Source of the DNA: Eledone cirrhosa
Taxonomy: Eukaryota
DNA length: 64,000 bases
Assembly (NCBI GenBank): GCA_964016885.1
Contig: OZ024759.1
Location: 4,774,001 to 4,838,000 of the forward strand
Direction of reading: 5' to 3'
The notes under the pieces were generated by a model. That model worked only from the letters and a program-made list of their open reading frames with translations. It was not told the DNA's origin and searched no databases. Below are positions 24,481-36,476 of this stretch, piece by piece. Position numbers and translations under genes: made by a program. Positions within the stretch are counted from its first letter, which is position 1, and each line of letters starts with the position of its first letter.

Positions 24481-25916
24481 CCCCACTCTACATACACACA
24501 ACCCCACCCCCACTTTCACATCTGATACACCTCTCTTGACCAACCCATGTATACAAGTAAGGAAAGCTTAACATTATCTCCTCCAATGCTGCTGAAATGG
24601 CTAAAAGCCCTCAGGCAACCCTGTAAGGTGGTCATGCAAGTGTCATGACAAAAGAGCACCAAGTCCTCTCTGTTAGGTAACATGACAAAAGAACACCTAA
24701 CCCTCCCTGCAAGGTAGTCATGCTGATGACATGACAAATAAGCACCCAGTCCACCCTGTGAGGTAGACATGACAGAAGGCCCCTAGCCCACTCTGTAAAG
24801 TAGTCATGCTAGTGGCAAGACTGAAGGGACCCGAAGCACCCTTCAAAGTGATCAAATTGGTGACATGACTTGACACCATTTTTTAGTTTACTTCTAAAAT
24901 ATCTCATTTTTATTTTACTTCTAAAATATCTCATATATTTAAAAATTACTTATTTTAAAAAATTATTATTTATTTCTTAAAAAAATTACTTTTTAAAGAT
25001 TATTTAAAATTTTTTTATATTTTTTAATATTTTTTAAATATTTTTAAACATTTTAAATAGTTTAAGTACTTTTTAAGTATTTTATTTTGTTAAAAGGGTT
25101 TTTTGAGTATCTTCTGAGATTAAAAAAAAATTTTTTTTTATTTTTCCAGAAATGTTTTCCAGAACTTTTAATATTTTAATATTTTAAATATTTTTTAATT
25201 ATTTAATATTAGAGTTATAACCAATAACTAATTCTGGCTATATATATCTTTCAACATTTATATCTTCGTCAAAATGGTCTCTTACTAACTAATAAATAAA
25301 CAAAGCTGGGTTTTTCAGTATCTTCCTAATTTAAAACATTAAAAACATATAAATAATCTCAGTTAATTTAATTACTTACACTAAATATAAACCAGTATCC
25401 CTCATAACTTATTAAAACAATTATCTATAACATGATATAGCCATTTATCCACTCATATATCTATTCTTCTATCTATTGATTCTCCTATTTTCTACTTTAT
25501 ATCTATTTATTTTCAATTTATTATTCAATGTCTTTATATATATTTATTTTTTCTATATATCTATTTTTCTATATACTTATAATAGTAAATATTATATTGT
25601 ATTATATTAGAATTCTAACAATAATTAGTAAATATACGTAACATTAATATAAACGTAATACTTATTTACGTTACATGAGTTCATCCTCTATAAATGTCTT
25701 TCTTCTCTCTATCTCTCTATCTATCTCATAACAGTAATTTTTTTCTCTCTCTTTCTTCTCTTTCTTCCCTATCTTTCCCCAGCGTAATTTAAATAAACGG
25801 TTGTTTTTTCAATTTTTCATACATTCATTTGCATATTCACACATAACTTTGAATTACCCCTAATAAGTTTCCCCTATCCAGCGAATTTCCGACCGTTATT
25901 TATAAAACAAATTTTG

Positions 25917-25981
25917 TATTTTATCTGATGAAAGAGCACCAAGATTGACTTGGTCGCCCTTGAAATATATATAATAAAATA
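25917..25981 (+). ncRNA. Minimal type-I hammerhead ribozyme motif
   Basis: TATTTTAT-CTGATGA-[AAGAGCACCAAG attga CTTGGTCGCCCTT]-GAAA-TATATATA-ATAAAATA. Stem I is perfect, stem II is paired and the mini stem III is palindromic. Confidence 0.75.
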
Positions 25982-27080
25982 AATATGCAAAAGTTCTATT
26001 TAAATTGTTGGGATACAACAAGCAAATATGTTTATAACTGATATAAAGCACTCAACAAGTATTTGGAATAAACATACGATATTAACAATCCTTTTGTATT
26101 TTATGTACTCAATTATACGATGTACTATATTGATTTATACTTCTCTCTATATGTGAGTATATATGTATATGTGTATATTGACATACATGTACATGTGTTC
26201 TATGCATTTTTATGAATATATGTCTGTCTGTATGTATGCATGCGTGACGCGAATCTACCAATTGGCCGAGGATGCACACACATGTATATATATGTATATG
26301 TAAGAATTGTGTGTGTACATGTACATGTATACCCATACAATTTGATTGCAGATAGACATAACTAACAGCCATAAATGCATAACAGCTAATCTTATATATT
26401 TATATATATATATTAAAAAAAATTTGTTATAAAAAATATTTTATTTAATAACACAAAGGATGGATAACATTAAATTAAAAATTCATTTATGCTTTGTATG
26501 TATATATTATATACGTGGTTAGATATGGTGTGTATTTTGTGAGTGTGTGTATATATATATATTTATGTGTATTTTTGCGTGTGTGTACGTGTTATATGAT
26601 ATGTAGTTCTCTAGCAATATATAGATTTCTTAATGTTTAGATTCCAATTTTTAATATATTGATTTCAATTTTTAAACTAAATATCTAATCATAGTTAAAC
26701 AATGATTAATTTCTCATATTATGTATGTATATTCCATTCATGATTATTAATATTTCTAATTTTATTTATTCATTTCATCTCAATTGTTAAGTTAACTTAA
26801 TATGACATGACTTAATGTGTTCATTCTTTCCCCCTCTCTCTATCTCTATATTTTTGTCTCTGTCTGGTGTTTTGATATATCTCTCTCGTTTTTCTCTCCT
26901 TTTTCTTTCTTTCTTTCTCCCTTTTCTCTCTCTCCGTCTTTTTCCTTATCTGTAACACTACGACTTATTTTAAAAATACTAATATAAGTAAACAACTCCA
27001 CTATCCCTGAGTCTTCCAAAAGTAACGGTTGCATTTTGTAAGGGTATGTCAATATTTATTTATAAAACTGTTATATATTG

Positions 27081-27145
27081 TATTTTGTCTGATGAAAGCA
27101 TACCATAATTTAACATGGTATCCTCGAAATATGTATAATAAAATA
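27081..27145 (+). ncRNA. Minimal type-I hammerhead ribozyme motif
   Basis: TATTTTGT-CTGATGA-[AAGCATACCAT aatttaac ATGGTATCCTC]-GAAA-TATGTATA-ATAAAATA. Confidence 0.7.
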
Positions 27146-27213
27146 GATATGGTTTTATAAATATAGTTTCCATTTGTTAATATCGTATAATAAAATAAAT
27201 ATAGTTTTATAAA

Positions 27214-27597
27214 TCATCATCACCGTTTTACGTCCGTTCTTCCATGCTAGCATGGGTTAGACGGGTTGTCCTGTTGTGGGCAGTGTCTGGTCGGCTGACC
27301 ATGCCTTGCTCATACAGGAACTGATTTTGGCTTTTCTACAGCCGGATGCCCTTCCTAACACCAACCTCATTTACAGTGAGTGTTGCGTGCTTTTTTCCGT
27401 GGCGCCCACACGTCCACTTTACAGTGTGGGCTGGGTGCTTTTTCTGTGTGGCACCTCCACGACCACTTTGCAGTGGGAGGGTGTGGGGGCATATTGTCTA
27501 TATGCTTCATCTTGAACCCATGGAAGGTCGGGTACTCTGTATTACTGCGTGACGCCAGAGGTCACGGTCGTGTGTCATCATCGCCTTTGAGAGGTGT

Positions 27598-27600
<3 letters not shown>
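27214..27600 (-). mobile_element. 5'-truncated RTE 3' end (ORF tip plus long 3'UTR)
   Basis: Near-identical in reverse to 56655-57030. Confidence 0.85.
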
Positions 27601-27630
<30 letters not shown>

Positions 27631-28747
27631 CAAATAAATTATCGAGAATCGGAATCTCGGCCCACGAAATAACGAAACACAATCTTCGAAAAGTGTAGCA
27701 AAGTGCTCAATAGTTTGGATAAACCAGAGCTATAACTAATATTTAAATACCAACACACTGAGATAATGCTTAAAATCATTCGCACAGCCGAAAAAACGAC
27801 CAAGAAAATTCGGGTCAGACAAATAATAAATATATATATATATATTTTTTCTTTTAACATATATGTGTTTATAAAATATATACAGGAACTCCCCAAAAAT
27901 GTATACACACTTCAACTACAGTCTATGTAAGTGTGTATATATTTTTGGGGGACACTGTAATATACATATCATTAAACGTATCTCCTACATGTGTATAAAT
28001 AAATATACATGTATTTTATTAACAATTTTCTGTAGAATCTGTTAAACATGGAAGAAAATGTGGAGACTAAATAAAATTAACGTGTTGGTCACATTAACTT
28101 AATAATATAACTATATATTAATGAAATATGTCGAAATAAAAGTTGTAATTGTGACAAAAATATTGATTCGGTAGTTTATTATGACCAAGATTGAATATTT
28201 AATGGAATTAAGTGGAATTTATTAGGAAATAAGACAATAAAACAGTGAAATGTTGAGGTTAAAAGAGAGAAAAACAAAATGTCCTCTCTTTATAAACTTT
28301 AATGTGGTTGAATTAGTAGCGGCTCGGCCTACTAAACTCAGCTCTCTCAAGGGTTCGAATCTCACGTAGTTTACTATAGTGTCTACAGAGTTATCTCCTA
28401 CTGCTTTTATATAGTATCACTGTTTATTGTAAAGAGGGCGCTACAATCATTTACTAGTGTGACCAATGGTTTGCAGTCTGGCTTACTAACGCCAGGACTA
28501 AAGTGTTACATGGTTCCAACCGGGCTGGTTCCTTAATTTTTAAAAAGAGTTATCACCCATAGTCTTTCAGAGATTCCTCGAAAGGTGGCGTGGCGATCTG
28601 CTTTCATGAGGAGTAGTAAGAGACAATAATATATGTAAGGAGGAGGAGTGAGAGAGACAAAAACAAAACTGTGTTAATTCTCTCTCCCCCTCGCTTCTTT
28701 TACTCTATCTACCTGTTATGTCTTCATTTCACTGTTTTATTGTCTTA

Positions 28748-28778
28748 CTAGCAGTGTATCCCGGCGTTGCACGGGTAA
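28748..28778 (-). mobile_element. Helitron 3' terminus (second family)
   Basis: The minus strand reads ACCCGTGCAACGCCGGGATACACTG-CTAG|T, i.e. a GC hairpin followed by CTAG. Confidence 0.6.
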
Positions 28779-29082
28779 GAACATTGGTAATAGCACCTCC
28801 AATGAGAAACCTTTATTTGTGAGTGCCTGTTAAAAACTCACAAACTGGACATGCTCACCGACATCCAGAGTTGACACTGCACTCAGTGCTCCTGTGGGAG
28901 ACTCTGCATGGACACACTGGAAGAGGAAGACTGAGGTGAACATATGTTGATGCCCTCAGGACAGACACTGGTCTGTTGGAGGTGCAGGACATGGCAGTGA
29001 TAATGAGGGACAGAGACCCCTGGAGAGACCTCGTCTATGGTTCTTGGGAATTTTACCCGTCCTAGGTAGATAGATATATTTG

Positions 29083-29245
<163 letters not shown>

Positions 29246-29319
29246 ATATGTGTTTGTATATGTATGTATATCTATACAAATATATAAAAGTGAAATTGTG
29301 TGTGTGTGTCCTGATTTTT

Positions 29320-29510
29320 GCACCGCCAAGGAAGCACCAGAGATGTCGCAGCCTCAGGGCGTGTTTGTGCATCATCAGCCGCAGCATGCCAAGCCCTCCA
29401 CGCAACGGGTGTTGACAGCAGATGAATAGTCTGACCATGGGAGCATGTCCCTTCCATAGAAAGCGGAAGAGGAGGTGCTCCATTTTTGTCAGAGTTGGGC
29501 CGGGGCAATA
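29320..29510 (-). mobile_element. L1/Tx1-clade LINE ORF2 fragment
   Basis: [26 protein letters not shown] matches the post-RT FxW...GGLG motif. Confidence 0.6.
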
Positions 29511-29770
29511 TTTCCTAATTCCACTTAATTCCATTAAATATTCAATCTTGGTCGAAATAAATATTTTCATCTGTGACGATCTGTACAACCAATAATAGTA
29601 GGAGTCACGTTACATGATATGTATATATATATACAGGATGTCCCTAAAATATGTATACACATTTACATAGACTGTAGTTGAAGTGTGTATACATTTTGGG
29701 GAGACCCTGTATATATTTTATTTATATATATATATGTTAAAAGATGATTGATATATATATCTACACTCAA

Positions 29771-30160
29771 ATAAATTAATAAAATAATGAATAAACAAAG
29801 AAACAGTTCTTTATATTAAAAAAATTCATCATTTTACGATCGTTTCTAGGATATATATGTGTTAGAGTTGGTATGCATATTCTATAGATCTATGTACAAT
29901 ATTTATAAAAACTATCAGAGGGAATATACATACCTACACATATATATGCTGTCTTCAGAAATAATATTATTTCTGAAGACATCATATATATGTGTAGGTA
30001 TGTATATTCCCTCTGATAGTTTGTATAAATATTGTACATAGATCTATAGAATATGCATATCACCTCTAACACATATATATCCTAGAAACGATCGTAAAAT
30101 GATGAATTTTTTTAATATAAGGAACTGTTTCTTTGTTTATTCATTATTTTATTAATTTAT
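29771..30160. repeat. ~390-bp spacerless palindrome
   Basis: Centre ATAAT|ATTAT at 29965/29966, with 195-bp arms and about 5 mismatches. Confidence 0.95.
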
Positions 30161-31194
30161 CTTGACTCTGTTTTCCGTTTATTTTTCACCGAAAGTAGTT
30201 GTTGAATGCATCTTCTCTTTTCATGATATCTGGATTACATTGAGTTCTTCATACGGATTGGACACTACCGTAAACTTTTGGTAGATTTATCTACATTCTA
30301 CACTCAAATGTATATTTATATATTTATATATATATAAATATATATAAATATATTTATATATTTATATATAAATATATATATATATATATAAAGATATATA
30401 TATACTTTTACGTGTATACATCTGAAAATGTATATATGGATGTAAACATATACGTAAACATACATGTTTACATATAGATGGACAGTTATACATATACAAT
30501 AACTTATTTCTATACATAAATATACCACAAGGCATGGTGCTGCCAACTAACCAGAGCTCCCTCATAATGGACCAGCTAGATCCCAAAATACAGGCCTGCT
30601 AGCCAACACACAGTCCCAATAAGTGCAAACTACAGCGCAGCTATCTGGACTGACTTCTCTTAAGACTACTCATTATCCCACTACATCTTTTGTATACTAT
30701 ATATATACTGTATATATACTGTTTATATATATATACACACACACATATAATTGTGTATTCACACATTATCTTAGTAATGAAATAATAATTTTAGTAAATT
30801 GTTCAAAATTCTTCATTAACCCTTTTGGTAGAAACCCAGCCAAAATAGGTTCTCCTTCTATGGAAATGGTTCCTATCTAAATTAAAGTCTTCCAACGAAA
30901 TTCTATATAACAACCATATGTTAAGTTACTATGTTAGTAATTAACTAACAATTGTGATAAATAGCCCAACATTATTCATAATTAATTGAAATACAAGGTT
31001 CATAATTATAATAAAATCTTCGAATAGGCTACGAAGCCGGTAAACCTTAAAGGTACGCAACACAAACATCGTTATAGCGTTTCACCAGGCAATTCCTTCC
31101 TCAATCATTACATAGATGTGTGTATGTAATAATTATTTTGTATTGTGTGTCTATTTATGAATATGTATGTGTAGATGTGTGTGTGTTGTGTGTG

Positions 31195-31585
31195 TGTAAC
31201 CCAGTAGATGTGTGTATGTAACACAGTAGATGTGTGTGTATGTAACTCAGCAGATGTGTGTGTATGTAACTCAGCAGATGTGCGTGTATGTAACACAGTA
31301 GATGTGTGTGTGTGTAACACAGTATATGTATGTGTATGTAACACACTAGATGTGTGTGTATATATAACACAGTAGATGTGTATGTAACACAGTAGATGTG
31401 TGTATATGTAACACAGTTGATGTGTATATATAACACAGATGTGTATATAACACAGTAGATGTGTATATATAACACAGTAGATGTGTATATATAACACAGT
31501 AGATGTGTGTGTATGTAACACAGTAGATCTGTGTGTATATAACACAGTAGATGTGTGTATGTAACACAGTAGATGTGTATGTAAC
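31195..31585. repeat. ~18-24-bp minisatellite (AACACAGTAGATGTGTGTATGT)
   Basis: Visible tandem units with a variable GT/AT tract. Confidence 0.9.
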
Positions 31586-32444
31586 TAAAGTGTAACGTAC
31601 GTTACGAATGGACAACTAAAAGATTTTAACTTGTTTTTTAACAATTGATGGTGGAAACAAATTTAGATTGTCTCAATTCAGACCATAAAGGGCCGCAACA
31701 CACGGTGTTTGACACACTTACCGGCTACATAGCCTCGGAGTCTATTTTACTGAGACCAGCTACATATCTTCTTCCTAAAATCTTCCAACATAATTTTATA
31801 CAAGAACCACATATTAAGTTACTAATAAAATAATTAATAATTAAAAACTTCAGTAAATCCTTCAAATGATATCTCAGTAATGAAATAATTAATAATTGTT
31901 ATAAATACCTCAAAATTCCTCATTAATTAAACCCAAGACAGGTAAAAACTCCAGAGTCTTTCAATCGGACATGAAACAAATTAATTTCTAATGGAAGAAG
32001 TAAAGATTGTAAAGTCAGCCAAGGGAGATCACTCTCAGCGACTTATCGTAATTCTTGTTCCTGAATTAATCCGGATTAAAATATTCTGGTGTATTTTGTG
32101 TGGAGGAAACCGGATTTAGGCGGTGATAGCACGCAATACATGAACGTATGGTTCGTGAGTTCGAATCCCATACCGGGTGGTCTGTACGTCGGGGCCTTGA
32201 ACAAGACACTTTATTTCTCATTGTTTTATTTCACCCAGCTGGCAAAAATAATAAGTTGTAATAATTATAGTGGAAATGTTGTTACATAGAATTGTCACAC
32301 TGAATCTCCCTGAGAAGAATGTCAACGGTATACGTGTCAATGAAATACTCAGACACATTATAATATAAGATGGGTTCTACATGTATTTCAAAGGGAAGCC
32401 ATGCCATACGTCTTGCTGAATCTCCCTGAGAACTACGTATATAC

Positions 32445-33200
32445 TAGTGACTATCAGACATAGTGTATCTAGGATTACATTATCTAATGTACAGTACAGT
32501 AGTTAGTATTAGTGGCTATAAGACATAGTATATCTAGGACTACATTATCTAATGTACAGTATAGAAATTAGTATTAATGGCTATCAGACATAGTGTACCT
32601 AGGACTACATTATCTAATGTACAGTATAGTGTCTATCAGACATAGTGTATCTAGGACTACATTATCTAATGTACAGTATAGTGGCTATCAGACATAGTGT
32701 ACCTCGGACTACATTATCTAATGTACAGTATAGTGGCTATCAGACATAGTGTATCTAGGACTACATTATCTAATGTACAGTATAGTGTCTATCAGACATA
32801 GTGTATCTAGGATTACATTATCTAATGTACAGTATAGTAGCTATTAGACATAGTGTACCTAGGACTACATTATCTAATGTACAGTATAGTGGCTATCAGA
32901 CATAGTGTACCTAGGACTACATTATATAATGTACAGTATAGTGGCTATCAGACATAGTGTACCTAGGACTACATTGTCTAATGTACAGTATAGTGGCTAT
33001 CAGACATAGTGTATCTAGGACTACATTATATAATGTACAGTATAGTGGCTATCAGACATAGTGTACCTAGGACTACATTATCTAATGTACAGTATAGTGG
33101 CTATCAGACATAGTGTACCTAGGACTACATTATATAATGTACAGTATAGTGGCTATCAGACATAGTGTACCTAGGACTACATTATCTAATGTACTATATA
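32445..33200. repeat. 52-bp minisatellite, ~14 copies
   Basis: Unit GGCTATCAGACATAGTGTACCTAGGACTACATTATCTAATGTACAGTATAGT. Confidence 0.95.
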
Positions 33201-33241
33201 GCAGTTAGTAATTGTGGCTATCATTATTATAGACTTCAAGT

Positions 33242-33406
33242 CGGTAGAGGGTCAGACGCTATGCTTTCCAGCATAGTTACGTACCTTTACGATCTGAGTT
33301 CAAATCCCGCCGAGGTTGACTTTGTCTTTCATCCTTAGGGGGTCGATAAAATAAAGTACCAGTAATGCACTGGGTAATTGCTGGTCTTGTGCCTAAAGTA
33401 GAAACA
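33242..33406 (+). mobile_element. 5'-truncated SINE with 19-bp target-site duplication
   Basis: ATTATTATAGACTTCAAGT at 33223-33241 and 33407-33425. Confidence 0.85.
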
Positions 33407-33845
33407 ATTATTATAGACTTCAAGTAAATCTTTGTCAACTTACCTCATTCACATATAATCAATGTGTTCTGTTGTTAGTTGTAACTAAACAACCAAAGAA
33501 ATAATCTCTTTGTTATCAAATTAAAAGTTTCAAAGATGTTATCAGCTTTATTTCACGACATTAACGTTGGTGTATCTTCTTCATCTTTAGTCATGAATTG
33601 ATATCTTGTCAGAATGAAGTAGTGAGGCTGACTTTATGTCTTTAGCTACAGATTTGATAGGAAATATATATATATTAGGTTGATATGTGGTCTAAAATAT
33701 ATATATTGTCTATAAATGACTGATAGCAGATGTTCTGGTGAAATAGTAGTTTTACTACTACAGATTGTAATGGAACTCTTAGTAGACACAATTGTAAAGT
33801 AAGAATAGATATGACAGTGTAAGACTGATGTCGGGGAAATAAACT

Positions 33846-33882
<37 letters not shown>

Positions 33883-33917
33883 GTTACACAAGATATAATT
33901 AGATTAATTAAAGTTAT

Positions 33918-34103
33918 AATTGTTTCTACTTTAGGCACAAGGCCAGCAATTACCCAGTGCATTACTGGTACTTTATTTTATCGACCCCGTAAGGATGAAA
34001 GGCAAAGTCAACCTCGGCAGGATTTGAACTCAGATCGTAAAGGGACGTAACTATGCTGGAAAGCATGGCGTCCGACCCTCTACCGATACTGCCAATTCAC
34101 CGC
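33918..34103 (-). mobile_element. Full-length copy of the same SINE
   Basis: Head GCGGTGAATTGGCAGTATCGGTAGAG, B-box GAGTTCAAATCC, and the shared core and tail. Confidence 0.85.
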
Positions 34104-34999
34104 AATGAAGGCAGCAGGTACTCGGTGTCGTTGTGCATGTTTCAACTCTCTTCCTGGTGTCATACGTTAAAAGTCCCTGATATAATTTAATACCTTCAGA
34201 CACAGTTCCAATCGTTTTTAGTTTATTGTAAATCAGAAAGTATCACTCAATAAAATATCAATTATATATCAATAAGAAAACCTCTAGGTAGTCTCACTGA
34301 CTGCTAGAAATAGCAGCGATATTACCCATTACAACTGCTCTCTCTCTCTCTATATATATATATACACACATATATGTACGTATGTATGTATATGTGTATA
34401 TATGTGTATGAATGAGTGTGTATGTGTGTATATGTGTACATAGGGTTTTGGTATATGTACGTTTGGTGAACATATGTGTATTTACCTGTAGGTATGTGAG
34501 TGTGCGTTCTATACGCATTTATGCGTGTATATTTATATATGTATTTATAATTATATGTATATATACACACACAAACATATATTTATATGTGTATTTGGTG
34601 CATACAATCGTATGTGTGCGGGTATATGTGTTGCGCCGGTTTACGTCCGTGCGCGCCTGTTTATGTGTACGTATATGTATATGCATGCATGCCGTGAGTT
34701 TTCGCATATGCTCATGTATAAATGTGTGTATGTATATATTTAATTATTATTACTTTTATGATTTTAATAACATCTGTCATTTTCGTTCAACTAATTTATT
34801 TACATTATTCTGGACTCCAAAGCCGAGCATCATTCAGTTTCCTTAATAGAATATTAGTCTACGACTCCATTTACACCATAAAGGTGGTTTTGTCTTTACG
34901 TGTAATTGTTGTCACCGCTCCACATAACGACGTATTATCTTCTTTTTCCCGTTCATTGCCAGGGAATGTCTTCACGAATCAAAGCATAAATTATTTTCC

Positions 35000-35563
35000 C
35001 GAGCTGACGTACCCAGCTTCGCCCGGGTAAACAGATGATAAAAGAAAAGGTCCCTATTTACTCCCTTCACAACTCTGTATGTTAGACTGACAGACAGGCA
35101 CACAGACAGATAAACTGCGTGGCGATTGTGGAACGCCGCACGTATACACACATACACGCACACAAACTTACACACGCACCCGTGCACTTACACACACGCA
35201 CACACTCACACATGTTGATAGTTTTTACTTTCTGTGGAACGCTGCACGCACGCACACATACATAAACATACGCGCACGTACATACACACGCACACGTGTT
35301 AATAGTTATTGCTTTCCTTCCCCTCTTATTTCCACACACATCACACACACACACACACGTCTCTACACTGACACATATACATAGTGTATCCAACACAGCG
35401 TTCACTTTGCCTCTCTCCGCCTCTAACTCTCTCATTGGCATTATACATATTAATTTAAGTTTGGCGTAGTTGAGGTGGGCGGAGTCGTTTGAAACCTATG
35501 AACCAATGATAATCGAGAATTATGACACATGGAATATTGACATTGTTGAAATTAATATATAGA
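35000..35563 (-). mobile_element. Non-autonomous Helitron derivative
   Basis: Starts TCTATATATTAATTT, like 45172. The body matches 40960-41255 and 45055-45172. It ends with the same hairpin and a degenerate CTCG. Confidence 0.8.
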
Positions 35564-36476
35564 CTAGCTGACGTACCTAGCTTCGCCCGGGTAAACAGAT
35601 GATAAGAGAAGACAGGTAAAAGAGAAAATGTCTGTATTGGATGTTTGTCTGGTTACAGTGTGAGGCGAGTCCGTGTTGTCTGTGTGATACAAAAAAACAG
35701 TAAAAATAATCTTCCAGATATACCAGATTCTTCGTCGTGCGGTTTGTGCATAGTATATGAACAATTCTAGGTGCTCCCACCTAGAATAGTGACCTCTAGG
35801 AGATGGTTCCTCTTCTGCCTGACTGGAAAACGTGTATCATTGCATAGACGTGGTTGTTCCACGTTTCTCAAAAGGATGATGGAAGTTCCAATCTTTTATA
35901 TTATATGTAGATATAGATATAGATAATTAATAAAAAAGATGTCCGTCAATGTAAAGAAGGTCCCTATTTACTTGAAATGGTTTATACAAATGCCAAATTA
36001 ATATGGATATGGATAACATGCTTATCTATAAGTGGTCAGCTATAATAATAAAACAACAAATTATATGACACAAAAATTTATTCAGTAATTTCCAGGCTCT
36101 TAGCCACTGAGTAATAGACAGTCAATATTGCCCAGAGTTCAACTCGGGGAGGTGGCCTGGTTTGAACTCAAAATGGCGGATCCTTCTACTTCGAAAATAG
36201 AATCGTTTTTCAATATTACTCTAGCCCTGGCCGGCCATAGGCACCAAACTTTTTGCCAGACTCAGCATATGATGAGGTTTTATTACCACTGCAATCAGAA
36301 GCGATAAATTTGAAGGCAATTTCTACCAATACTTGTTGGTTTTTATTGCTCATTATCGACAATAAATGACATTGGACATAAATGATAACTCTGCCAAAGC
36401 TCACAATACAGATGAAAGGAAACCAATGTCCGAATCATATACGTCGCTTATTGATAGCTTTAAAGATATGCATACA

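Noticed and set aside
24880-25210. Extremely A/T-rich run-dominated block
   Set aside because: Low complexity with no period or ORF; possibly low-quality sequence.
25235-25280. Minus-strand TTGACGA...GAAA hammerhead relic
   Set aside because: The core C is mutated and the stems pair poorly.
28305-28370. tRNA-like segment with GGTTCGAATCTC B-box
   Set aside because: No convincing cloverleaf or acceptor stem.
31716-31830. Candidate minus-strand coding exon ending in GTAAGT
   Set aside because: The phase-1 frame contains a TAA, and the sequence resembles the repeat near 30.8-31.0 kb.
34125-34205. Minus-strand CTGAAGG...GAAACATGCA hammerhead-like motif
   Set aside because: Core mismatch, a long unpaired stem II region and no clear stem I.
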